DNA of 64,000 bases from NCBI GenBank assembly GCA_964658305.1, contig OZ210885.1, positions 23,932,001-23,996,000 on the forward strand, read 5' to 3'. The notes beneath the pieces are model-generated. The model searched no databases and was not told where the DNA came from. It saw only the letters and a list, made by a program, of their open reading frames with translations. The stretch's first letter is position 1; each line of letters begins with the position of its first letter. Made by a program: the position numbers and the translations under genes. Of this stretch, positions 39,111 through 51,441 are shown one piece after another. The stretch comes from Leptogorgia sarmentosa. Its lineage: Eukaryota.

Positions 39111-39869
39111 CTACTCCATTATCATCTTTGAACAATTTACTAAAAGCGTGCGTGTTCTGCATGATAGTGCGAGTTGGCAGTGAACAACTCCCTGATGTGC
39201 CCAAATATTCCTGCGATCAAGTGAGAAATTAGGTGTTGCAAGGAATGTTGAGCAATCTTCCATTCCAACATTCAAAATAAAACTCAAGTGTCTGCAGTTC
39301 CCCACAATTTCTTCACAAAACAGCAGCTGATCTTGTGTGTTACTCCAGATTAAATCGTTTAATAAGAATGTTTTTGTTATTTTATTGTTTTGGTTCAACA
39401 TTTCTACAAATTGCTGCAAAATGCTCATGTTTAACCACCTATCACAGGTGAGATTTGCTAAATCTGAAGACAGCACTGCCTTTCCATAAACAACCTTTTC
39501 ATTTCCATTCAAAAATATCAGATCTTTATAATTTTGCAGATCAGTGTTGGGAAGCTCGCAATTTTCATTTGGTGGTGCTACTGAAACACAATTCTCAAGC
39601 CACTGCCTTTCACATTTGACACAAGCTGAGATATCCTTCAGATAATGAATTTTTAAAAGCTTTTCAACTGCAAGCTTGTCAAATGTACCAAAAGAACATG
39701 ACAAAGCATAATATCTGCCAGAGTTCAGACAATCAAACATTGTCTTACATTCACTCAGAGAAGGTATGGTGATCAACAATGCAATATCAGTGATTTGTGA
39801 TTGCTTCACTTCATGGAACGTTTGAGCTCCTGTGTTCATACTAACTGCAGGGAATACAATTTCTGCCAA
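39111..39869 (-). pseudogene. Ulp1/SENP-like (C48) protease fragment, probably transposon-derived
   Basis: SSDLANLTCDRWLNMSILQQFVEMLN resembles the Ulp1 'DL..L....WLND.II..Y' motif. It is truncated before the catalytic His/Asp/Cys. Confidence 0.55.
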
Positions 39870-40036
39870 TGCACCTCTGTCAGTTTTGTAGAACAGGTTA
39901 TTGTCTATGATGCTCTACATAATGGATAAAATGAAAATATGAAATAATGACAGCCTCGCACATAATTAAAATGATCAAATCACAATAGATGTGTCTTGTA
40001 AAATTCACTCCTCTAATAAATTACTGCACCTTCAGA

Positions 40037-40234
40037 CAGTGGCATGCCAGGGTCTTAATTTACAGTGGGGGCTCAAGATGAACACTGATGGCGTGAGCGC
40101 TGCTAGGAAGGTTTATGGCCATGCTCCTTCAGAATCTTTTTCATGTACAATCCTCCCCCCTCTTCGGTTGAAACGTCTATATACATAATACACATTCCGT
40201 ATGTACGACATCCCCAACTTCAGCTATGCCACTG
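40037..40234. mobile_element. Non-autonomous hAT MITE
   Basis: Ends CAGTGGCAT...ATGCCACTG; 8-bp TSD CCTTCAGA / CCTCCAGA. Confidence 0.8.
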
Positions 40235-41849
40235 CCTCCAGAATAATACTGACCTTAAGAGTCGTATCAGGTCGTTTTATGGCCACTGGTTTAATTCTCC
40301 CTAAAAATGTCACATTTATTATGACACAATATATGAGTAATTTACTCATATATATTGTGTCATAATCAGCTAGAGTAATCATATGAACTCCAAAACATGT
40401 AAACCACGCAATTTAATGTCGTGAACCACGCAAAATTGTATTCGCGCCTAAGTGCTTGTGTATACTGCGCCCTAATTAACATGTAAACATGGCGGAATGA
40501 GTCAAAACTGCAATCAAAATGGGTATTTAAACGAGCTGTACTTACATTTTTAGACCTTCCTTTGAACCGAGCTGTACTTACATTTTTAGACCTTCCTTTG
40601 AACCACTTGTTGAAGCTATGAACACAAACTTTAATCTGACTTTTGGAATCCTAGTCTCCGACGTCATAGAATGGAAAATATTTTACAAAAATTGCCCAAG
40701 TACGGGTTCCAGCACAGTATTGATCCATTTTTGACGAGATATTAAACAAAAAGCATAGCTTCCAAAATTCACTTTCCTTATGTTTCTATTCTCTTTACTG
40801 GTAAACCAAAATTTATGGCTGAGACCATTCCAGGTTTCTGTTTAAAAAGTTGGGTATATAAAACCTTTACGTTTAACTTTGTTTTTTACTCAGGCACACG
40901 AAGGGTTCGTCTCGATACCTGAAGGGATCTGGGAACAAAAACTTAAATAAATTTATGCATATTTTACAACTAAACGTGTGCAAAGTTTTTCGAATTTTGT
41001 CATATGACAACAAATTCCGAATAAGCTCCGAGTGGGAGGCGTAATTTGACCATTGTGTGACGATGTAAGAAAAAGGCAGAACAACATGGAAAAAACCTAA
41101 CCAAAAAATTTCGTTTCATAAGCACTTTAAACTATTGTTGTACCTATTCAGGGTATGACAAGTCACGCATAAATCTCTCCAAAATAGCATTTGTGTCAAA
41201 TTTCTTTTTCACTGGCTGTGTAGCTATGGCAAGCAATAGTATCATTACAAGTCTTGAACGATTGACTGGCTTTATATTTTGCAAGCCCTATAATAGTCAG
41301 AAGTTATAGATGCTGATAAAGAAAGGGAACACAGTGGATGCATTGCATGATCCATATACCACATGAAATTCTAACGTCACATGTACCATAATGAAATATT
41401 CCGCATATTCTGCTAAGCTTATCATCTAAAACAGCTAATTAAACATACCAACTTTATGTTTTCCCGTTTTGCTGGCAAGTGGATTGGCCAAACAAGAGGT
41501 GGTTTTTAAAAGTTTCACAATCACAGAAGTCATTAATGAATCCATCATTTCGGGAATGTCCAGTTTCGGTCTGCAATTAATATTTTAATTATTTTGCATT
41601 TTCCCTCGATTATAAACTAGATAACCAGAAGCATTCATCAATATATATTTATGTTAAGATACAGTACTTCTTCAAGAACCGATGGGTTTACAGCATTTGC
41701 CGTAACCTACCCAAAAGTAGCACATCAATTACTTTGTGATCAAATTGGTTTCTTATCCTTTTCACCTCACTGCGTTCTTTGCACCACTCACAATGCAAAG
41801 CGCTCCAGATCTTCTTCAAATTCACAACAACTACACGGCACTAATGACG

Positions 41850-43590
41850 AGAAAAGATTTAAATCTAATTGTTTATACAGTGAAAAGGCGTATTATTTTG
41901 GATGGGGGGCTACGATGACCTACGGGAGTTGATTAAAAACGATTTTAATCTAAGTGGGAAATTGATTTCACCCGGCTGGGAATCGAAAGAATTTATTCAT
42001 TGCGATTTTGCATTGAAATGGCAGGGGAAATCAAAACAACGATCAATTGTGGTGAAAGATGACCAAGAGAGCTATCTTACAAATGGGCTAAAACATTATG
42101 CTAACAAAATGGTTGATGAAAATACTTGTTTTGAGAGCGAAGATGAACTGGTCGAACATGTGGTCGTGGAAATTATCGATCAAGATGAAAATAATACATC
42201 CTGATAAATTGAAGATCATAACCCGGTAGACTTGAATAAAATAACGACTATGTTTTCTGAGATAAAGGAAACACACGAGATGGCTAAATCCGAAGCGGCT
42301 AATAAAGCTTTAACCGAAGAGCAATCTAAGATGGTGGCAGAAATACAAAAATTAAAATCAACCGTAGAAGAACTTGAAAATGAAAAAAATTGCATGAAAA
42401 TGGTTCTGGATATTAAGTAAGACGAATGGCAATGTCTAAACGAAAAAAGTCTCCAGTCTAAAGAAAAATGAACAGAAACCCAAAATTTCTATCCAAAATA
42501 GCTACACAGGACTTGAAATTGAAGATAGTCATTTTACAAGTTTCCCAGAGATTATAGAAATCGACAAGCAAACAAAGAAGCCGAGTCTAAAGTGCAAGAA
42601 CTATATAGAAGAGTCGAAGACGGTGAAAACAAACACGAAAGCTATAAATGCGAAAGCTCACAAATATGTTGGCTATCATCAACCATATTAACTAAATACG
42701 ATTTAAAATTATGGCTATCTTGTTGTGACGAGTTCTACTGTGTTACACATCTGAGTTTGCCGACTAAACTAAATGTTTTAATATAATACGCACGGCGGCA
42801 GTAGGCACGGAGGGGCCTTCCGCCATTGTGTACTGTATTTGAGCGCTTCTTTGATCACATTTCTCATCTAACTAACTTTCGTATCGACGAGAACAACTGC
42901 AAATAATGATAAGCAATGATATATCACTGCAATCGAATCAATTTTGTTCAAACATTCCAAGGATATCAGTCAACTACTACGGAGTTTCACATATCAGGAG
43001 CATCTGGGATGCTCTTCCCGGAGTTTACACTATGAATGAATCGCTGAATGACTGATGTGAATTTTCGCCCCTCATCACAATACTGCAAAGTTAAACTTTG
43101 CACTAAAAATGATGGTGGTGGACAGTATGATACTGTCATCCTTCATGTTGGCACAAATGACTTGGCCCATGGTAATGCTAACAAAGTGGCAAAGGATATG
43201 GATGATCTTTTCAACGAGGTGAAAACCCACACAAAGAAGATTGCTGTTTCTGATGTCATTATGAGCTATGATGGTAGAGTCCATTCCAATAAAATAAACA
43301 AGTATAACAGATTATAAGAAAATTTATGTCTTAAGCATGATGTTACCCTCGTAAAAAATAACATAGATGAGTCTCGACTAAATGGCTCAAAACTGCATCA
43401 AAACCGATTTGGCGATACAGCACTTGGCAGTGCTTTCTGCTCTTATCTGAGATCAGTTAGAGGTAGAACCCCAGGTATTCTGCAGGGTTCTGTAGATAGT
43501 AGGAATGACCATATTTTATCCAAAGTTTATGGTCATCGGGCCAGAGAGTGGACAATTCACCTGACCTATGTCAGGCGAATGATGACATGA
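41850..43590 (+). pseudogene. CR1/L2-type LINE ORF1 remnant (coiled coil plus SGNH esterase-like domain)
   Basis: Coiled-coil EIQKLKSTVEELENEK; VILHVGTND (SGNH block III); LNGSKLH-like terminal motif; many stops. Confidence 0.7.
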
Positions 43591-43725
43591 TACCTAGTGT
43601 AGATACTTCTAATAATGTAAGCAGCTATGTTCACACCTGTTTCAGTTCTATCCCTAAAGGAAGAGGTTTTAAAATGGCTTTTCTAAATATTGTTAGCTTG
43701 CCCAAAAAAATGGATGAAATAAGAT

Positions 43726-46700
43726 CAGGGCCATCGAGAGGCTGAGCGGGCCCTGGGACATCATTTCGATCCGGATCCGTTCGGCACTAATACTACTGTG
43801 TATTTCTAAAAGGAAATAAACTGTACACAAACCATCGCAGAAGTATTTCTTATAATTATGCAAAATACAACATGTACGTAGTTCTTGAGATACTGACATT
43901 CCACTTTAGTTGGCAGGTTAATTGGTCGACATTTCTTAGGTCATTTCTTTCAACAACAGTCAACAAACGTAAAAACTGAAATCTGAACTTATAGCAGTTC
44001 GACATGAACTGAACCCAACATTATATTTATATATTATTTATATGGCTTCTAAGTTCTAAGTTAAACTTCTAGCCTTCTACAATATGCCAATGTGTTAGTT
44101 TAGCTAGCAAAAAGATTTACGTGCTATCTTTACTGCAAAGTCATTGATTACGCCTTGAAGGTCCACACCCCTAGCAATTTCAGCTTTGATACTCAACATT
44201 GTGAGATCGTTCAATCTCTCTTGACCCATAGTGCTTCTGAGAGAGTTCTTAACGAGATTGAGCTTGCTAACAGGTAAGGTGCAAAAGATTCTCAAAGCAA
44301 TACAGACACTAGGGAAAATTTCCTCCAATTTAAATTTCCTAATGGTGCTTAAGAGGCTGTCTCTGTAAAAACCTCCAAGTGAACATGTGGCTCAAAAATA
44401 GATTTTTCTCATACTCTGCTATTTTAAAGATCTACCCTTGGGAACAACTAATATCGATTTCATTTGGTTCAAATTTCCTTTAAAATATTTTTCTGATCCC
44501 CATTCATATTTCATCGGGTTGAAGTCCGAAAGGCAAAATTTTGAAATTTTGTAACCGCTATTCCAAATAAAATTCGTACTTTAATGTTAAAATTTTTGCA
44601 TGAAAATATAGACCCATCCTTCTAGTTTCCTCAGTGATATGACTGAAATAATAATTGTTTTTTGTATAAGATATAAAGCAGCGCAGTTATTGACCTTGCT
44701 GCAAGGATAACGGATATGGTTTCAAAATATACCAAATTTGAGGGCTTATTTCAAAATTGTGGCACTTGATTGACACATTTCCTTTAATTTTCTATAAAGT
44801 ACTAAGATTAGTAAATACAGAACGCCAATAAAATCTTTGTGTTTAGAAAAATGACAAGCACTCAAACTTGATGAAATTTGAAAATGTGTCGAAATCCCTA
44901 ATCCAGCAAATCAAAAGCTTGACTTTTCCCCAAACAATCCGTATTTATTCGAACCTCAAATTTTGCCAGTACAGCCTAACGACACAATCCTCAGGTAATA
45001 TATAGGTCGTTTGCTATTGGCCGCCATTTCGGATGACATCACAAAACATGTGAAACATAGCACAGGAATTTGACACCGACACATTTTACAAATGTCAATA
45101 ATACGTTAGTCATAATAAGCTGTTCCAAAATGCACCAACAAATGGAAAATTTACCGAGTTTATCTTCAGAAATAGCTGGAAACAAACTTCGTAGTGTCAA
45201 CCAAGATGGCACCAAGTACAGATCATGACATCATGTGCAAATAAAGAAATATTTTTTTAGACTTGCTAAACAATTGGCTGCAGTATGTTTGGAGAGTTCT
45301 AGTCTGTGTAGTCCACCATCTGCATTGCAGTACCTCGGACCAACTACGGAGAAAGAATGGACACCCAGCCAATGGCTTTCTCAAAGCAGCTCTGAAGAAG
45401 AAGATCAGACGAAAGACCCAGAAACGCCATCTCTTGTACCAGTATACAATGAAGCGATGGCTACATTATCAAAGGATATCAAAACGGAGCAAGTCACTTC
45501 ACTAGACTTCCAGTTGAAAAAAACGTGGTGCGAAGTGACAGAGAGAGAAAAGAAAGTGTGTATTGACAAAGTCGTTGAAGGATGTAAGGTTGTATGTAGT
45601 GTTATTGCACCTAACACAGAAAAAGAACTTTTACAAGCATGTTCTCACAGTATCAATGCTGACAGTCCTTCTAGTGAACTTCAAGCACTTATGCAAGCTT
45701 ACAAAAACGCAAAATTTTAAGCCTTTATATCTGTAAATACCCAATGAAAAGGCTCCAATAACTGCATGAACCTTATGAAAACGTCACTGAATGGCAAATA
45801 AGAAAAGCAAGAAGACATGCCAAAGAATGTGGAGCTGGTTTTCCAGTCGAAAAAGTACCATCGCCTTTTCAAGGCATTATTAAACCATTTCATTGACTTT
45901 GTTAACAGACCCTACTTCCACCAAGATGTGGCTTTTGAGACTCGCAAACTAAAACTTGATGACAGTGAGGTAATTACCATGCCTTACATTATTAGGACCG
46001 TTACACGCTCAACCATGGTAAGACCTACAGTTTTGTGAAAACAAGGCGTGAAACCCTTTAGTCGTGCTACCCTTTTCCGCATTCTAAGCGTCCGAGAAGC
46101 ATCGCAGCAAAAGTCATTATGCAGCGTAGACGATACACCTGCTGATGGATCATCTGGGATTGCAAAATTGATTGAAATTGTTGACAAACTTCATGAACTC
46201 GGGAAAGCTAAAACTTAGTCTGCAAACATGAAGAAGTCGCTTCAAGATGGGAAACGCTATTTGAAAACTCAGTATCGTTATCACTGCCAGAAAGATGAGA
46301 ACAAGTGTAGCGACATTGCCGAAAGTTTTCCCTAAGTGACCCTTCAGATCCACAGCTCCAGGAACAATGCACTCACATGCTTGTGAACAATGTAGTAATT
46401 TGAAGGATTGTTTTCGTGAAATAGAGGAATCTATCGAAAGTACAAATTTTTACAGCAAAGAGCAGAAAGAAGACTCACTCTATGATTTTAAGAAAGCTGT
46501 CAGCTCAATTAAGGAGTGGAAGGCACATATTATGCGCTCAGCTAATCAGGAACGTGCCAAACAAGATATCATGGACGTGCTACACAGTGGCTCAGTCCTA
46601 ATCTTGATGGATTGGGCTATGAAGTTTCTTCAACTAAGATATCGCGAAAAGCAGATAACACTCATTGGTTTTGGTTAGAAATCTTAAGATAAATGTCGTC

Positions 46701-47728
46701 TGCTCTATATGGTTGCAATTTGGTGTGGCGCCAACAATGATTGAGTAGTATTTTACAAGTTCTCGTTAATCCATCTTTCAAGTTCACGCTAGCGCATATA
46801 GCAATTCGTATGTGCATCACTTTTCTCATGATCAGGTATTCTATCCAAAAATTTCTTCCACTTTTTCTCAACACCCCATCCATCGCGAGAGGCAAATGAT
46901 GACTGTAGATGTGCTGGGTTATCGATTGTATGGCAAAAAAGCCTACAAGGTAAACAATAGATGGCTTGTTTCGTTGGGCTAAAAAGGATCCAACAGCGGT
47001 GGCTTGTTTCGCCTTTTTGCTTCTTTACACTGAGAACAGAGGTCGGAAATCTCTTCCGGTAATGTCACTGGAAAATTGATTTGGATGAGGAATATGACCA
47101 GCCCTGACAATGTCCTCTAACTCGACATATGCCAACATCAAATACCTCTATGCGACATATGCCAACATCAAATACCGTACGTAAACCTTTGTTTTCTTCA
47201 TTCACGCGTCGTTTCCTCTCACGCCTCTTTTAGGCACCGGATTTGTTTATAAGAGGACATCACAGTAGTCACAATGCTCAATGATCACTTAGAAAACTTC
47301 ATCACGTTTATTTAATTCTCTAAATTCCTTAAATAGTACACACGATTTCCTTGAAATTTCATGGACTAGTTTAATTGCGGTGATTTTATAACAATACTAA
47401 GGTTTTAATTCATTTTAAAGGCGCATAATTTCCAAAATAGCAAATAGTGTCTCATAAAACCGTAATCAGTAGTAGTAGCCTGTGCCAGTAGGCTGTAATA
47501 TCTTACCACTGACAAACATAGGTTGACGCAACCAATAACCAAGTCGTTTCCTCGTCAGTTGGCAATTAGTTTTATTTCATATCTCACAGTAATTGTAAAA
47601 TTTACAGCAATAGTTTCAGCTTGTGTCCTAAATACAGTATACATGAACCTGGGCCCCCTTTTGGCCCGGGCCCTGGGATAGTTGCCCTGGGATAGTTACC
47701 CTGGGCACTCCCCCTCTCGACGGCCCTG
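43726..47728 (-). mobile_element. hAT DNA transposon with internal deletion and nested Sola3
   Basis: Ends CAGGGCCATCGAGAGG...CCTCTCGACGGCCCTG. Perfect 8-bp TSD AATAAGAT. Dimerization-domain remnant at 44104-44328 (-): FCTLPVS...KNSLRSTMGQERLNDL. Confidence 0.9.
44353..46670 (+). mobile_element. Sola3-type DNA transposon, 3'-truncated, with degenerate transposase (45235-46670)
   Basis: Begins TTAA|GAGGCTG. Transposase motifs RPYFHQDVAF.TRKLKL, SRATLFRIL, CEQC and WKAHIMRSANQ...LMDWAMKFLQLRYREKQ. Confidence 0.75.
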
Positions 47729-49265
47729 AATAAGATATTCAATGTCAAGCAAAAACATTGAGTTAATTGCTTTCAATAAGACTCGACTTGATTCAAGCAT
47801 AAGTGATAATATACTTCACCTGAGTGATTACAATATAATTAGGAAAGGCCGATCAAGAAATGGGGGTGGAGTCTGTATCTACATGCGTAGCTCCATAAAC
47901 TACAACACAACAAATGATCTGATTCCTACAGAACTAGAATCTGTTTGCATAGAAATTATCAAACCACATAGCAAACCATTTCTAGTCACAACAGTCTATA
48001 GACCACCCAATAATTCATCAGCAGATTTCCTTGAGAAATTCGAAAATTTAATCAAAGCTTTTGATGATGAAAATAAAGAATTCTATATTCTTGGTGATTT
48101 AAATTGTAATATGTTAAAGGCAGGTAATGAAAATATGCCGATAAAGAAAATTAAATCTTTATATGAATTGTATCAATTGTCACAATTAGTTCAAGAGGCT
48201 CCACCCTTATTGACCACACAATTACTAATACTCCAGAAAAAGTTTGAGATTCTGGTGTTATCCATACTGGAATAAGTGACCATAGTTTAGTTTTTGCAAT
48301 TAGAAAGATCTCTGTAATTAAGAAACTAGAAAACACAATTGAAATTAGAAATATGAAGAAATTTGATACCCAAAAATCTGTTGAGGAACTGATGCAACAA
48401 CATTGGGAAAATGTGTATTTTAGTTTGATCTGTTGTCCTAATTGACTTAAAAAAAGCATTCGAGACTGTCGATCATCAAATTTTATTGAGGAAATTGGAG
48501 CTGTAAGGCCAGGCAGCGTCTTTTCTCAATTCATATCTCTCAAATCGAAGTCAGAAATGGCAAAAAATGGATTTGTATCGTCGGAGAAAATGATAAGATG
48601 TGATGTGCCACAAGGTTCTATTTTTGGGCCATTATTATTTTTATTGTACATCAATGATTTGCCCCAATGTCTATCAAAAACAAAACCTCAGTTATTTGCT
48701 GACGACACAAACCTGACAGCCTCTGATGACTCGATAACTCGTCTTGAAGCTGGAGTGAATCCTGATTTAAAAAACCTAAAAAATGGTTAATTGACAATAA
48801 ACTTAGCCTCAATGTTGCAAAAACTGAATTTATGCTAATTGGCTCAAAACAAATGCTTAAAAGTATTTCAAATTTGCAGCCAAATGTGGTAATTGAAAAC
48901 AAACAGATTAAACAAGTCCATGAGCCTAAAACTCTTGGAGTATGAGGGGTGATCAACGCCATAATAAAACATGTATATTATGCAATTATCGAGAGCATTT
49001 CATTTTGACGCATTACATTTCGTTATTCTATCTCGCGTTGCATTTAGCCCGATAAATTCGGTACACTGCATTGTGCATTTGAATCCGGTATTTCGTTCTG
49101 ACACAGTCGTATTTCGATATTCGATTTTGTATTTCATTATGCTGACGTAACCTTATGCATGATGCTCAGTGAACGAATTTTGGTTGCTAACCGCGGAGCA
49201 CTGGAACGAGCCTGAAACCACAGATTGCTGAAACCATACTGAAACTGTGAGAATTGAGAAACAAA

Positions 49266-51276
49266 ATGCAGGAGCCAGCCGACGAAGAAGACGTTAGAAT
49301 TGTCGTGACAAACCGAGTTAGGCATTGTATTCTAAGTATCCTCCACCAACTGGAGTCGGGTGGTGTTGAGAATGGCCATCATAGGTTAGAATGGCTATTG
49401 AGTTTGGTTACAAGGTACCATGAAAGCAACTTTATCGAGCGCGGTGTAGTCAACCTCATTTCGGAAGCATTGGGTTGCTTAACATATTCGTGCAAAATAA
49501 TAAATCGTACTAGGACTGAAGGAATTTTTACTGGCTCTCCTGGAAGGCCAAAATTTAACTTCCCTTATGAACAGTTGAATTTTCTGCTTGATAGACGATT
49601 CACAGTTATCCAGATATCTGCGCTACTTGGCGTAAGCTCGCGCACCGTAGAGCGTCGACTACAGGTGTTTGGTTTGTCAGTAAGGGCAACCTATTCAGAA
49701 ATATCCGAATAGGTTATAAAAGAATGTCTGCTTACTTGCGAACTCGTGGTATAAGAATCCAAAGACAAATTAGAGAATCTGTGGATCCACAGGGCACTCT
49801 TTTACGAGCACTACGAGCAGAACGTGATACATCGCAGGATATATTCAGTTCCTTCGTCATTGTCTTTGTGGCATATTGATGGCAACCATAAGTTAATCAG
49901 GTAAGAATTATATTAAATTGTGTATATCAGTATATTTTGTTATAATATATAAACTCAACTATAAAAGGTATACCAATTGTAAAAGTTCATGTTTTCATGC
50001 ATCGGATATCAAATTGGAAAGAATACTACCAGCAATTGACTAAAATTTAACAGTTTGCAGCATATAAATGATTTGTAGAGAAATCTTTCTATTCCAACCT
50101 TTATATTCCCTCCGTTTACACTTTACACCATCTCGACATGACCCTGTTGGCTGCTGAATGGTAAATGTGCAGATTTTTTACAACTTCAATTCAAATCCAC
50201 CAACTAAAAAAATAAAGTGATCCAGCATGCATTTTCTCAATCTTGCAAAATAATCTCCATTGAGAACTTAAATTTAATTTGGTTGTAATTTTCAAAATGT
50301 AGGTGGAGATTTGTGATTCATGGAGGCATAGACGGTTATTCCCGTATGATTGTGTTCCTGGTGTGTTCCACAGACAAAGCTGGTACAGTATTTAATAAGT
50401 TCATTCGTGCTGTTGAAGAATTTGGCTTGCCCTCAAGAATCCGCTCGGATAAAGGTGGTGAAAATGTTGATGTGGCATGGTACATGCTCACCCATCCAGA
50501 CCGAGGCCCAAACCAAGGAAGTCACATCACCGGAAGAAGTGTACATAACCAGCGAATAGAGAGTTTGTGGAGAGATGTGTTTGCTGGCTGCACATACCTC
50601 TTCTATAACCTCTTCTATTTCATGGAGGAATGTGCTATACTTGATGCATCAAATTAATACCATCTTGCAGCTCTCCATTATGTATTTCTGCCCAGAATTA
50701 ATAGTAGCCTGGATATATTTAAATCAGGTCATAACACAGGGCCGACTAGTACCGAGAGAAACATGAGTCCAGAGCAACTGTGGATCAGTGGGATGATAAG
50801 AAAGCAGAATTCACATGGGACAGTTGCAAGAGTTTTCTGAAGGTGTAAGTGTAATGTTTGTCACTACATTACTCAATTCTGCATTGTACAGCATTTTACA
50901 ATATCCCAGAGGAGGAAAAACAACGCATAGGCAATACTTTTTTAATGGATGTTCATTTAATAATTTGAAAAATTGTCTATAATTATGCCAGGAAGTGCAG
51001 TTTGTTTTAAAAAAGAGAATCACTGATTACAAATAAATTAATCCCAACTATTTGTTTCAGGTAAATTTTGAGAACTATGGCATTGACTGGGATGGTCCAG
51101 TTGTGCAAGAAGTTGGTGACAATAATCATGTTGAGGTTCCTGAAACTAATTGCCCCCTCAGTATGGAACAATTACAGGAGCTTAGAGGAACTGTAAATCC
51201 GCTCCGCTAATCAATTTACCATGGGGTAGATTGCTACTTAGAAGTTCTACAGTTCATCATAAATAGACTTCAATGA
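49266..51276 (+). pseudogene. IS3EU DDE transposase, three predicted exons (49266-49900, 50303 to about 50843, 51061-51276)
   Basis: PGRPKF...[44 protein letters not shown] across a GT-AG intron; [24 protein letters not shown]. Several stops. Confidence 0.88.
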
Positions 51277-51441
51277 GTAAGAGCTTTACACAATCTCTCT
51301 TGTACATAAGCACTTGATTTACAGTTACTTGGATATGCAGAATAGAACACCATAATTGTAACCTTTAGGGATTTTTATCATGACAAAAATCATATGGAAC
51401 AGAACAGTCAAGTGCAAACCAAACTTAAGAACAAACTTAAC

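Noticed and set aside
40532..40605. 36-bp tandem duplication (a similar short one lies near 47124-47180)
   Set aside because: Simple two-copy slippage events with no further structure.
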